A stretch of 64,000 bases of DNA from Bacteroidia bacterium (GCA_020053795.1 JAGVMN010000012.1:11347-75346), one strand, 5' to 3'; numbered from the stretch's first letter, positions 47,140-56,313 are shown. Translations and numbers: made by a program. The notes: a model not told the origin generated them from the letters alone.

Positions 47140-48150
47140 ATGACAGAAGAATCTACACCCTTTACCCTCTTTACTTTTACTGCCGACAAGGGGCAGGAAC
47201 CTTTTCGCATTGATAAATTCCTCACGGACCGGATACAGAATGTCACCCGCAACCGCGTGCAGCAGGCCATAGAAGATCAAAAGGTTTTGGTGAACGAACT
47301 TCCAGTGAAATCGAACTACAAAGTAAGACCTGGAGACAAAGTAACGGTTATCAGCTTTGAGGAACCCCGATCTCTGGAAGTGCTGCCCGAAGACATTCCT
47401 TTGGACATTGTCTTTGAGGACGAACATCTTATCATCCTTAACAAACAGGCCGACTTTGTGGTGCATCCCGGTCATGGCAACTATACCGGAACCCTTGTGA
47501 ACGCCCTCGCTCATTATATGGGGGTGGAACCCGAAGGCAGCATCCGTCCATGGCTGGTGCACCGCATAGACAAAGACACCACAGGCCTTATGGTTGTGGC
47601 GAAAAATGAACCCGCCATGGCCAAACTGGCGGTTCAGTTCAAGAACCACAGCATAGAAAGAACTTACAACGCCCTTGTCTGGGGACTTTTCAAAGAGAAG
47701 GAGGGCACCATAGAAGGCAACATCGCCCGAAGCAACCGCGACCGCAAACTTTTTATGGTTTACGACGACGAGGAAATCGGCAAGACAGCCGTGACCCATT
47801 ACAAGGTACTGGAAGAATTCAACTATGTATCGCTGATTGAATGCAAACTCGAAACCGGCAGAACACACCAGATAAGGGTACACATGAAACATGCCGGACA
47901 TACCCTTTTTAATGATGCCTACTACGGCGGTAACAAGATATTGAAGGGAGTGGTTTTCAGCAAGTACAAACAGTTTGTAGAGAATTGTTTTCAGATCATG
48001 CCGCGTCAGGCTTTGCACGCCAAGTCATTGGGATTTGTTCACCCGCACTCAGGCCAATGGGTGCAGTTCGACAGCGAGTTGCCGGAAGATTTTCTTCAGG
48101 TGTTGGAAAAGTGGCGGGCCATCAGCAAGGTATATAATTTTGAAGGGTGA
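47140..48150 (+). CDS. rluD: 23S rRNA pseudouridine synthase, RluA family (RluD-like, with S4 domain)
   Basis: S4-like N-terminus (FRIDKFLTDRIQNVTRNRVQQAIEDQKVLVN). Catalytic motif HRIDKDTTGLMVVAKN. C-terminal GRTHQIRVH. The first ATG is at 47140. Confidence 0.85.
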   Translation: MTEESTPFTLFTFTADKGQEPFRIDKFLTDRIQNVTRNRVQQAIEDQKVLVNELPVKSNYKVRPGDKVTVISFEEPRSLEVLPEDIPLDIVFEDEHLIILNKQADFVVHPGHGNYTGTLVNALAHYMGVEPEGSIRPWLVHRIDKDTTGLMVVAKNEPAMAKLAVQFKNHSIERTYNALVWGLFKEKEGTIEGNIARSNRDRKLFMVYDDEEIGKTAVTHYKVLEEFNYVSLIECKLETGRTHQIRVHMKHAGHTLFNDAYYGGNKILKGVVFSKYKQFVENCFQIMPRQALHAKSLGFVHPHSGQWVQFDSELPEDFLQVLEKWRAISKVYNFEG

Positions 48151-48253
48151 TGGCTGCGGCTTGTTGTCAACGGACTAAAGTCAGCAGTAATAAAACAGAT
48201 TGTAAAAAGTTGTTTCATCCCTATGTGACTTCATTTTTCCCAATCTTTTTTTT

Positions 48254-48304
48254 TACCAATATTTTGTCCCTGCGGGACAGCCTTTTACCAGCAAAATATT
48301 GGTA
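48254..48304. repeat. Composite hairpin element: 13-bp inverted repeat TACCAATATTTTG/CAAAATATTGGTA enclosing GTCCCTGCGGGAC
   Basis: Read directly from the sequence. The outer arms are 48254-48266 and 48292-48304. The inner 5-bp stem GTCCC/GGGAC is at 48266-48278. Confidence 0.85.
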
Positions 48305-48423
48305 TTTGAATTAACGGGTTATGACAAGATCCGGAAAGAACGAATTTTGGTAACAAGGTCAATACAATTTATATGCAAGCCTTGTAATGACGAAATAAGG
48401 GTAGGCGAATTAGCAGATTACCA

Positions 48424-48503
48424 CAAAGTCCCGTAGGGATGAAATATTGTTGGAAAGTTATAATCAGTCACACGAAAGTCCCGTAGGGACGACATATATT
48501 TTA
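48424..48503. repeat. Two direct copies (~50 bp apart) of the same hairpin family in opposite orientation to 48254-48304
   Basis: CACAAAGTCCCGTAGGGATGAAATATTGTTGG starts at ~48422 and CACGAAAGTCCCGTAGGGACGACATATATTTT at ~48471. Their reverse complements match the AATATTT-(G/A)TCCCT(G/A)CGGGAC layout of the first copy. Confidence 0.8.
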
Positions 48504-48576
48504 TTTCCAGTAATTATTATTTGAAATACAACTAAACGCACGATCTGAATAGGTAAAGTTTGGTTATGGTCCATCC

Positions 48577-51500
48577 TCAACGCAGCAACAATACCGTTCC
48601 CTTATCTAATTTTGTAACCGTTTTCCGTCCTTTGAAACTAATGAGGTAAAGATATACCCCGTTTGGACATGGCTTGCCCAGATAGCTGCCATCCCAACCC
48701 TCATCTGGATTTGTGGTATTAAAAACATTTTCGCCCCATCGGTTATAGATCAGCAGTTCATATTGCCTTGCCCCTGCCACCACCGGTTTGAAAATCTCAT
48801 TTCTGTTATTACCATCAGGCGTAAAAGCAGTTGGAACCAGCACAAAGACGGAATCGTTGAGGCAAATTTCTCCTTCCATGGAGTCTATGCAACCCCCAGC
48901 ATTGGAAACCACCAATTTGATACGGTAGCGATTGGTGTCGGCAGCATATCTGTGAGAAGGGTTGGTTAAAGGTTCGTACAGTGCTTTGCTGCCATCACCG
49001 AAATACCATGTTCCGGTGTCAGCACCCTGAGAATAATTGATGATGTTCACTACCGGATCAAAAGGACTCAAACAAATTTCACCATTTGGCACCGTCACAA
49101 AATACGCCTGAATCTTTTCATAACCTGGTATTACGGCAAAGGTATCTAAGCGACAACCTGTGGTAAGATTCAGGATATTTACGAAATATTTGTTTGCTAC
49201 CGGGGCGTTAAGCCTAAAACTGCTGACAGGTGGCGAGGTGTTCCAGATAGCCTGGTATGCATCGCCTATACCGGGAATTACTTCGGCAAACCCCATTTGC
49301 CCGTAACAGGCAATCGGGCTTGTTTGAATTTGGGCAACAACTTTCGGGTTCACCAAAATGTACACCGAGTCGGTGACATCATCCGAACACCCATCACTGA
49401 TGGTTACCCAATAATTTCCGGATGCAGCCGGACTCTGAAATACAATTTTGTTCCTTTGCCCGTCGGACCACAAAAAGGTGTAGTCAAAAACCTGTCCGCC
49501 GCTTCCGGTGGCACTCAGTTGAATATCTTCGCCCAAACAAATGGTATCACGATCGGAAAAAGCATTGACTCTTAACGTATCCCCAACTAAGGTTGAAACA
49601 GAGTCTATTCTGTAACATGTGGGCGTGCCGAACTGGTAATAGGCTTTGTGTGTTCCGGAGCCTGCATTTTTGGGGTTAAAAGTACTTCCGCTGATGCCTT
49701 TTCCCCAATAATTACCACCCGCAGGGGAACCAGTCAAACCATCAAAAGTGTCTTTCAGACAATAGAAAGGGTTTAACCCGGACAAATTCACCACAGGAAG
49801 AGCGGTAACGGTAATTCTGAGAGAGTCTTTGCAACCATTGGCAGAGAAGTAGCTGATCAGATGATTTCCGACCCCTGCGGTAAAAGGCCGGAAAATACCT
49901 TTGGCGGTATCTATGATCCCCTTTCCTTTGAAATAGCCGCCCGCTTGTCCGTTGTAAAACGTGAACTGCGGATCGGTTTGGCAAAAGGTGGTGTCCTTTT
50001 GGATCATGCTTTTTGGATAAACAGTAAAGAAAGTACTGTCGGTACACCCGTTGAAATTATAGATGAGTTTATGCGTACCATAGCCCGCGACACTTGCAGT
50101 AAAAAATCCTCCGGACACACCCGGCCCGCTCCATATTCCGCCGTTCGGTGAATTTTGGACCGTAGCGTTATTCAGAATCAGTGCCGGTTGCTCTATGCAA
50201 AGCCCCATCGTTTTTTTCAATACAACCACTGTTCTCACAAACATGACTTTCTTGGCAGAGCAGCCATTGCTGAAATAAGTAAGGGTATCGTTGGCCACCT
50301 TTCCAAAAAGAGCCGGGTCGTATAACCCAATGGCGGTATCTGCTATGCCTTTACCTTTCCAATAGCCTCCGACCGGTGAACCGGCAGGCAACACAAAAGC
50401 AGCCTGACTGAGACAAATAGTCTGACTGACCCCGGCATTGATATTTTCAACCCGCATAACTACTGTATCTCTGCAGCCATTCATGTTATATACCACTGTT
50501 TTGTTGCCGATTCCCGCCGTAGAAGTTCTAAAAATACCCAGTACGTTGTTGACGATACCTGTGCCGGACCAAATACCGCCGATAGGAGAAAAGCCCAATG
50601 TTATGTCGCCCGCCGAAAGACAAACGGTGTCATCGGCCTGGGTAGAGATAGGTTTGATATTGACTGTTTTATTGGCAACACAGCCATTCCAGCTATATTT
50701 AACAATAAACACCCCGGAAGTATCCGGTGTAAAGCGGCCTAAAGAATCTGTATGTGGGCCGGTCCAAAAGCCGCCTGCAGGCGTATAACCTGTCATCAAA
50801 AAGGAGGCACCTCCCGGACAAGCTGCCGTGGTTCCGCCGGCACTTATACCTCTCACGTTGATGTTCATGGAATCAGAACAACCATTTGAGAAATAAACAA
50901 CTACGTCGTTTCCGGCACCTGCCGTTTGCGGGTTGTAATTTCCGGTGGCCGGATTGGTTATGCCTTTTCCTTTCCAGATTCCTCCGGGTGGGGTTGCCGA
51001 CAAAGTGAATGCCCCCGACGACTGGCAAACCGTGGTGTCATTCGGTGCCTGTGGTTTAGGCAGAACATAGACAGTTATTGAATCAGAACCCGGCACCGCC
51101 ACACCATCGCTAACCGTTAAAATATATTTTGTGGCAACCAGTGGACAAACTTTTTGAGGGCCTTTAACCGGGGGTAAACCATTATTCCATGTGTATACAT
51201 ATTTTGTTGAATCACCGCCCGTAACTATAGCTGTAATGAAAGAACAACCACCAATACAAATCGTATCGGGGTTGGCATCCAGATCAACATATATGGGACA
51301 GTCGGTGACACTGAATGAAACTACTGCAGTCAATATCCACGCAGAATCACAGATATCATATTTCACCGCTCTGAAGTTGATCGTATAAGTACCGCCCCGA
51401 TTAATGCCACCTGATAATTGTAATTCAAAGGAATCAGTCATCCCGGATGGTGCACATCCTATAGGAATGACCTTCGTTACAGAAGGTGCAAATTGGCCGC

Positions 51501-52041
51501 TCAGTCTGAAGGTGGAATCGTTGATCGAGTCACAAAGAAATTTCTGATCAAGTTTGACCCTGAGTACTGATGTACTGCAACTCACCTGCGGTTTGGCTAC
51601 AAATTTCGGATTAGGCAGCGGAAGCACTTTGGTCGTCCAGTTTGCTTCCCACCCGGTGCAGGCTACACTCTTATCAGATTTGAAATAAATGGTGAGACAT
51701 GAGTCGGTAGAGCTAATGGTACCCGGATTGACGGTGCCCGAATATCGTGAACCAATCTTGGAGGCGTTGGTGTCCCGCCCGTCGTAGAATTGCAGATAGT
51801 CAAGATCCTTTTCTGTACAAAATTGCGAAAAGGAAAGGATCACATAATCTCCTCCCGGAACGCAAATCGTGAATATAAAATTTTCGTTGTGATCATAATC
51901 TCCAGTCTTCAATCCTGCATCACTGTCTGTAAAATTCCCTTTGCAGTCATACACCTTATAATTCCCGATCTTGTAGGTATTCTGTCCGAAAACCGTATTA
52001 AACAGGAACAATGTGACAACTAAAAAAAGAATCCTCTTCAT
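48577..52041 (-). CDS. Large adhesin-like protein: N-terminal CUB-like domain, ~8 tandem Ig-like repeats, T9SS type-B C-terminal domain
   Basis: Signal peptide. CUB-like text (NFTDSDAGLKTGDYDHNENFIFTICVPGGDYVILSFSQFCTEKDLDYLQFYDGRD). A repeated ~80-aa unit (...PPGGIWKGKGITNPATGNYNPQTAGAGNDVVVYFSNGCSDS...). C-terminus VPTAFTPDGNNRNEIFKP...YNRWGENVF...WDGSY...NGVYLYLISF. Confidence 0.8.
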   Translation of the reverse strand: MKRILFLVVTLFLFNTVFGQNTYKIGNYKVYDCKGNFTDSDAGLKTGDYDHNENFIFTICVPGGDYVILSFSQFCTEKDLDYLQFYDGRDTNASKIGSRYSGTVNPGTISSTDSCLTIYFKSDKSVACTGWEANWTTKVLPLPNPKFVAKPQVSCSTSVLRVKLDQKFLCDSINDSTFRLSGQFAPSVTKVIPIGCAPSGMTDSFELQLSGGINRGGTYTINFRAVKYDICDSAWILTAVVSFSVTDCPIYVDLDANPDTICIGGCSFITAIVTGGDSTKYVYTWNNGLPPVKGPQKVCPLVATKYILTVSDGVAVPGSDSITVYVLPKPQAPNDTTVCQSSGAFTLSATPPGGIWKGKGITNPATGNYNPQTAGAGNDVVVYFSNGCSDSMNINVRGISAGGTTAACPGGASFLMTGYTPAGGFWTGPHTDSLGRFTPDTSGVFIVKYSWNGCVANKTVNIKPISTQADDTVCLSAGDITLGFSPIGGIWSGTGIVNNVLGIFRTSTAGIGNKTVVYNMNGCRDTVVMRVENINAGVSQTICLSQAAFVLPAGSPVGGYWKGKGIADTAIGLYDPALFGKVANDTLTYFSNGCSAKKVMFVRTVVVLKKTMGLCIEQPALILNNATVQNSPNGGIWSGPGVSGGFFTASVAGYGTHKLIYNFNGCTDSTFFTVYPKSMIQKDTTFCQTDPQFTFYNGQAGGYFKGKGIIDTAKGIFRPFTAGVGNHLISYFSANGCKDSLRITVTALPVVNLSGLNPFYCLKDTFDGLTGSPAGGNYWGKGISGSTFNPKNAGSGTHKAYYQFGTPTCYRIDSVSTLVGDTLRVNAFSDRDTICLGEDIQLSATGSGGQVFDYTFLWSDGQRNKIVFQSPAASGNYWVTISDGCSDDVTDSVYILVNPKVVAQIQTSPIACYGQMGFAEVIPGIGDAYQAIWNTSPPVSSFRLNAPVANKYFVNILNLTTGCRLDTFAVIPGYEKIQAYFVTVPNGEICLSPFDPVVNIINYSQGADTGTWYFGDGSKALYEPLTNPSHRYAADTNRYRIKLVVSNAGGCIDSMEGEICLNDSVFVLVPTAFTPDGNNRNEIFKPVVAGARQYELLIYNRWGENVFNTTNPDEGWDGSYLGKPCPNGVYLYLISFKGRKTVTKLDKGTVLLLR

Positions 52042-52044
52042 AGA

Positions 52045-52491
52045 CTATCTTCTGGTTATTGTTATCGGATCCGTGACAAATGAATTACTCCAGTTTCCGG
52101 CCCTGTCCTGCATTTTTACGGTAAAATTTGTAGTCTCATCGGCACCACTTCCCAGAAGCCAGGTATTTCGCAGTTGAATGCTGAGTATGCCGTCAATTGG
52201 AATGTTTTTGCCGATTGGGGCTAGTGGCGGTATATAATAAGCATCGGCATTTTTCAAACGGGCATCGTGAACAGAAAGTAAATTGATATCAGGGTTCTTA
52301 TGTCCAAGATCTCCGTCACCATCGCTATAAGTAAACTGAATGATAACAGAATCGGTAAATTCATTCACGATCTTTGGTGAAATGCTTTTGAAAACAATTA
52401 TAGGTACCGGATCAATGTTGATGGGCTCCGGTTCTTTACACGCAGAAATGAAAATAATAAATATCAATGCTCCTTGTAAAATTTCTCTCAT
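52045..52491 (-). CDS. Small lipoprotein (Ig-like, DGDGD calcium-type loop), hypothetical
   Basis: Lipobox FIIFISAC. FTYSDGDGDLG. Lies 3 nt upstream of the adhesin gene and overlaps the upstream gene by 4 nt. Confidence 0.5.
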   Translation of the reverse strand: MREILQGALIFIIFISACKEPEPINIDPVPIIVFKSISPKIVNEFTDSVIIQFTYSDGDGDLGHKNPDINLLSVHDARLKNADAYYIPPLAPIGKNIPIDGILSIQLRNTWLLGSGADETTNFTVKMQDRAGNWSNSFVTDPITITRR

Positions 52492-53444
52492 GGCATTATT
52501 TTTATCGTGTAGTAGCTCTTGGCATTAAACAGGGAGTTATCACTGGGCAATTCAATTACCGGATTCACCCCGTCGCTGATTTTGGTTCTTATCCAAATGA
52601 CATCACCGGGCTTACCGTATGTATTGGGATTGATGGTTACCTTGTGATAGAAGTCAACAAACTCTTTATAAAACCCTTTTTCATTTTTCGGGCTGCCGGC
52701 CAACTGAATCGCAATTTCATTTGCCGGATCAAAAGTATTGGCCAGCAAAGAAAAATTCACTTTCAATGTTCCGATGGAAGTGTTGGGCGTTTTATCATCT
52801 AAAAAGGCAAAATACAAATCGAGATTACTGACCGATGAAGATACATAAACGGGGCTAAAACCTTGGTGAGGAAGCAGGTTTGCCCCGTCATAGGCAAGCA
52901 TGCCATGAAGTTGTGGTGGGAAATCCACGGCAGGCGGGGCATTGCCTTTTATATCTCTGGCTCCGTTATTGATCCAGGTTTTGATGTTCTGAATGTATTC
53001 TTCCTTTTTCGTTGGCCAGTCCGATCCGGGTTCAGTTATCAAAGGCATGATCCCTGAATTGGCATTCAGGTCAATGGTGAGTCTTCTTATGAGCATAGAG
53101 GTGGCCTCATTATCAGGCGTAACCCGGGCAGTAAGCGGGTTGAGTATGTCGTTCTTTATGATGGCCTGATTCACCAAGGTGTTGTAAGAGCTTTCTATAG
53201 TCCTGAAATCCGGTTCAAAATTCCCGTCATGGCAACCACTATTGGCACAAGTCGGTTTGAAAATGTATTTGTGCAATCCGGCAATGGTGTTCGGATCGGG
53301 GCTCTTTATTGTATCGAACACGCCGTTGTATCTATCGTTGTCAGGGTTGTCATAAGGATTTTCAGGTTCATTGTATTTATCGCTCCTGCATGAACCAAAG
53401 AAGATAAGACCGACGGTCGTTAATATGTTTAGTATCTGTTTCAT
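52488..53444 (-). CDS. Lipoprotein with PSCyt (planctomycete cytochrome-c-like) type N-terminal domain, CX4CH variant
   Basis: Lipobox LIFFGSC. IFKPTCANSGCHDG...SYNTLVNQ...VTPDNEATSMLIRRL...GIMPL...IQNIKTWINNGA follows the PSCyt layout (C..CH, vpG..e.S.l, MP, WI..GA). Confidence 0.5.
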   Translation of the reverse strand: MKQILNILTTVGLIFFGSCRSDKYNEPENPYDNPDNDRYNGVFDTIKSPDPNTIAGLHKYIFKPTCANSGCHDGNFEPDFRTIESSYNTLVNQAIIKNDILNPLTARVTPDNEATSMLIRRLTIDLNANSGIMPLITEPGSDWPTKKEEYIQNIKTWINNGARDIKGNAPPAVDFPPQLHGMLAYDGANLLPHQGFSPVYVSSSVSNLDLYFAFLDDKTPNTSIGTLKVNFSLLANTFDPANEIAIQLAGSPKNEKGFYKEFVDFYHKVTINPNTYGKPGDVIWIRTKISDGVNPVIELPSDNSLFNAKSYYTIKIMP

Positions 53445-54791
53445 TTACATTCTGTCAAATAAAGAACGACTGTTGGCATCAACGAATCCATAATTCAAAA
53501 TATCATCTTTAATCCCGAATATTTCACCTATGGTCAGCACATTATCCGTGGCCAGTCCGACCGTGTCGGTATCAGATCCTACTTTGAGATTGACCGGAAT
53601 ATTTGGTCCAACCATAGCGGTAAAAATTCTTTGTGTATTCAAATCACCGCTATGATCAAACGACAACCAGTCGTTTTGATCCTTTATTGGATTTGGGTTC
53701 AGATTTCGGCCACATTCTGGAGTAGCAATCATAATTGTCTTCCCTGACATTTCAGGAATTTGTGTCTGTATATAATTCCAGAGAAAACCTGTAGCATGAT
53801 CCGCCCTGTGCAACGAACGCAGATAGCCGGTGAAATTTGAATGGCAACCATCAACACTACTCATGTTGACAACCAAAACCTTTGGTTTAAACCATTTGAG
53901 AACCTCTGCCGCATAAGCCACTGTGTTCAAATCGCCGTTGTCGTTGACAGGCGGAGATGCAATTTGTCCTGTTTTTTGTCGTTGAAAAATGCTTCTTACA
54001 AATTCTTTGAGGTTGTTTTTCTCTTCCTCTGTGTTCTTGATATTGGGGATCTCCCCATTCTTCACCCTGAATACATTGTCAAGAAATTCTTTCATCCGGT
54101 ACATGGGTTCCAATTCTTCCTGAGGGTGGTAAACTTTGGCATTCGACAACACATCACGCCCCGTACTTCCGAAGGTGATACCCGGTGCAAAGAAATTGGC
54201 TCCATAATCCAAACCGTAAGCCGAATGGTTACTTGAGTTCAGAAGTGGCGTTGAATTGCCGATACCATTGCCAATAAACCAGACATCTGTGGCTTTGAAA
54301 CCGCGATGGCGACGAATGTATTCAAATATCGTCGGGTACTGGGGTCTCACCTTCAGGCCTTGTGTAGCAGCTCTTTGTCCCGTAAGCAAGGAAGTCAAGC
54401 CGCCATAGTGGCCTCCATTCACAGCTCGCACCTCCGGAAACAGTGTTCCCTGTCGTTCCAGTGTGTTGCCCAGTATTTTCGGAATAGGCTGTATGCCATC
54501 CGGTTGTCCGGCCAGATTGGTTCCATAAACTATTTTTCCTGCCGGAGGCGTTCCTTCCAACATGTTATACATGATGTTACCGTTAAAGGTCGCCTTTTGG
54601 CTATCATCAAGATATCGTTGAAGAATACTCTCCTGCTGCCTGACTCCTCCGGCGAACAGTACATAAACGACGTGGTCGGCTAATGGTGTTCCGGTCTTGG
54701 CAAATAATCTGCCCGATGGCAATAAATATGGGAAGGTAAATGTACCTGCTGCAATCGTAGCTGTTTTTTGAATAAATTCTCTTCTCTTCAT
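53445..54791 (-). CDS. Tat-signal DUF1501-like protein (alkaline-phosphatase/sulfatase superfamily)
   Basis: Twin-arginine motif MKRREFIQKTATIAAGTF. C-terminal PECGRNLNPN...FDHSGD resembles the DUF1501 EFGR...N...DH block. The start is taken at Met 54791; the track ORF extends to 54836. Confidence 0.6.
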   Translation of the reverse strand: MKRREFIQKTATIAAGTFTFPYLLPSGRLFAKTGTPLADHVVYVLFAGGVRQQESILQRYLDDSQKATFNGNIMYNMLEGTPPAGKIVYGTNLAGQPDGIQPIPKILGNTLERQGTLFPEVRAVNGGHYGGLTSLLTGQRAATQGLKVRPQYPTIFEYIRRHRGFKATDVWFIGNGIGNSTPLLNSSNHSAYGLDYGANFFAPGITFGSTGRDVLSNAKVYHPQEELEPMYRMKEFLDNVFRVKNGEIPNIKNTEEEKNNLKEFVRSIFQRQKTGQIASPPVNDNGDLNTVAYAAEVLKWFKPKVLVVNMSSVDGCHSNFTGYLRSLHRADHATGFLWNYIQTQIPEMSGKTIMIATPECGRNLNPNPIKDQNDWLSFDHSGDLNTQRIFTAMVGPNIPVNLKVGSDTDTVGLATDNVLTIGEIFGIKDDILNYGFVDANSRSLFDRM

Positions 54792-54804
54792 AACGTGCCT
54801 TGTT

Positions 54805-55377
54805 TTAATAAAACCTGTACTCCTCCGAGGCGGCAAATGCTGTATAAATCAATTCAACGGTGATGTTTGGGTGGGCGTCCAGAAAATTCCTGAAGAAAGT
54901 AAGTTCCAACTCTGATGGATCTCTGACATAAAATCTTCGGTAAGTGTCTTTCATAAAGGCATCCACATCGGCCCGCATCAGCGAGTCGGACGGAAGCTTT
55001 TTGTCCGGAGAATTCATGTAATTGCTGATGATGATTTCATAGGCCAATGACCTGTCGCCAATAGAATAAATGACGTTTTCTGTTTTCACCAGTTCATTCA
55101 CAGAAATGGGCTTCTGTATAATGTTGGTTGAAAGTATGGAAATATACTGGGCATCGTTTTTCTGCTTTCCTTTTTTGATGTATTGGCTGTTTACAGGTTC
55201 ATCAAGCACTCCGTAGTTTGTAACATAGTCCTTCTTACAGGCGTCCAGTCCGATAAGCAATGTCGCAATAAGTAAGAATCCTGTTTTACTCTTAAACGAG
55301 TATTGATTTTTTTGGATCCGTCCCGATGGATATCGGGAGTTATGGGATTCGTGAATTTTCGATTTCATAACCTTCAT
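54805..55377 (-). CDS. Lipoprotein, hypothetical (DUF1549/DUF1553-like helical motif)
   Basis: Lipobox LLIGLDAC. C-terminal YRRFYVRDPSELELTFFRNFLD...AFAASEEYRFY. The start abuts the stop of the upstream gene. Confidence 0.45.
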   Translation of the reverse strand: MKVMKSKIHESHNSRYPSGRIQKNQYSFKSKTGFLLIATLLIGLDACKKDYVTNYGVLDEPVNSQYIKKGKQKNDAQYISILSTNIIQKPISVNELVKTENVIYSIGDRSLAYEIIISNYMNSPDKKLPSDSLMRADVDAFMKDTYRRFYVRDPSELELTFFRNFLDAHPNITVELIYTAFAASEEYRFY

Positions 55378-56313
55378 TTAAAAATTGGCATACTCATCTA
55401 AGACCGCAATTTTTCTTTGTAAATATTGCAGGTCATTTGTGGCGTAATAATGTTCGAAATGGGTATAAGTTTCTTCCGTAGTGGGTTCTCTTCCGATGAG
55501 GTTCAGATAAGTCCATTTGATAATGCCTTCATAAAATTCCCTTGAAGAAGTTAAAGTAACACAGTATTCTCTTTTGTTAGAGGCATAACCGCCGAGTATT
55601 TTTCCCATTTTATTGGTTTCAATGATGCCGAAAGCACTCTCGAACTCCGCTTGTGTTGGGAAACGATAGAACAAATCATCAAAACTGGCCCTCACAAAAT
55701 TAAAAGTGTTCATATTGATGATATCGTAAACACTATTGTCGAGCATTCGTGAAAACATTTCGTTGATGCCGATGGTACCATCGCGGTAATGAATTCTCGA
55801 TTCAACCACTTTTAAATGTCTTTCTATTTGTTCCAATGCCTGAAAGACCCCTATGGAGTCACCGTTGAGCCGGGCTACATTAAGTGAAAACTGGGCAAGT
55901 CCTGCGTATCTGGTAAACTCTCCATCGGCAGCTCCTTCACAAAGTCTGGCCTTCACCATGTCATAAATTCTTTGGTAATAGGCTTGCTTATACGAACCTT
56001 CTCCTGGAACGGGAGTGGTATCATTTTGTAACCGAAAAATCAAATCCTCTCGTGCCGCTCTAGAAAGTTTTTTCGATTTCATCAGGCTAACCTCTGTGTT
56101 CATTTCTACTATGGTTGGAACCCTGCCCAAAAAATCTATGTATAGTCTGTTTACATAATTCTCTATTTTCACCGTGGGAACACTTCCCGGATCCAAAGCC
56201 GAATTATCCGGAAACCGCTTTTCTTCCTGCTTGGTGCAGGCGGGAAAAATTACTGCACAGCTAAGGAACAACATGGCCCCAAACAAATTTTTGGTACACA
56301 ATTTTGCAATCAT
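55378..56313 (-). CDS. Lipoprotein, hypothetical (two LGR-x-PT-x-x-E helical motifs, DUF1549/DUF1553-like)
   Basis: Lipobox AVIFPAC. YIDFLGRVPTIVEMNTEV and YLNLIGREPTTEETYTHFEHYY...LDEYANF. The start is taken at Met 56313. Confidence 0.45.
   Translation of the reverse strand: MIAKLCTKNLFGAMLFLSCAVIFPACTKQEEKRFPDNSALDPGSVPTVKIENYVNRLYIDFLGRVPTIVEMNTEVSLMKSKKLSRAAREDLIFRLQNDTTPVPGEGSYKQAYYQRIYDMVKARLCEGAADGEFTRYAGLAQFSLNVARLNGDSIGVFQALEQIERHLKVVESRIHYRDGTIGINEMFSRMLDNSVYDIINMNTFNFVRASFDDLFYRFPTQAEFESAFGIIETNKMGKILGGYASNKREYCVTLTSSREFYEGIIKWTYLNLIGREPTTEETYTHFEHYYATNDLQYLQRKIAVLDEYANF

Noticed and set aside
47122-48018. A 298-aa ORF antisense to rluD
   Set aside because: It lies entirely within the well-supported rluD gene on the opposite strand. 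Its translation is low-complexity (rich in V, F, H and G) with no recognisable motif. It is a typical shadow ORF of a relatively GC-rich gene.
48424-48503. Two direct repeats with a ~22-nt spacer, considered as a possible mini CRISPR array
   Set aside because: There are only two copies. The repeats are imperfect. A third copy is inverted and embedded in a larger inverted repeat. No cas genes are present. The structure fits a REP/MITE-like hairpin family instead.
53229-53249. CANSGCH in the 318-aa lipoprotein, considered as a c-type haem-binding site
   Set aside because: The spacing is CX4CH, not the canonical CXXCH, and no haem-lyase context is visible. I keep it only as a PSCyt-like motif, not as evidence of a cytochrome.
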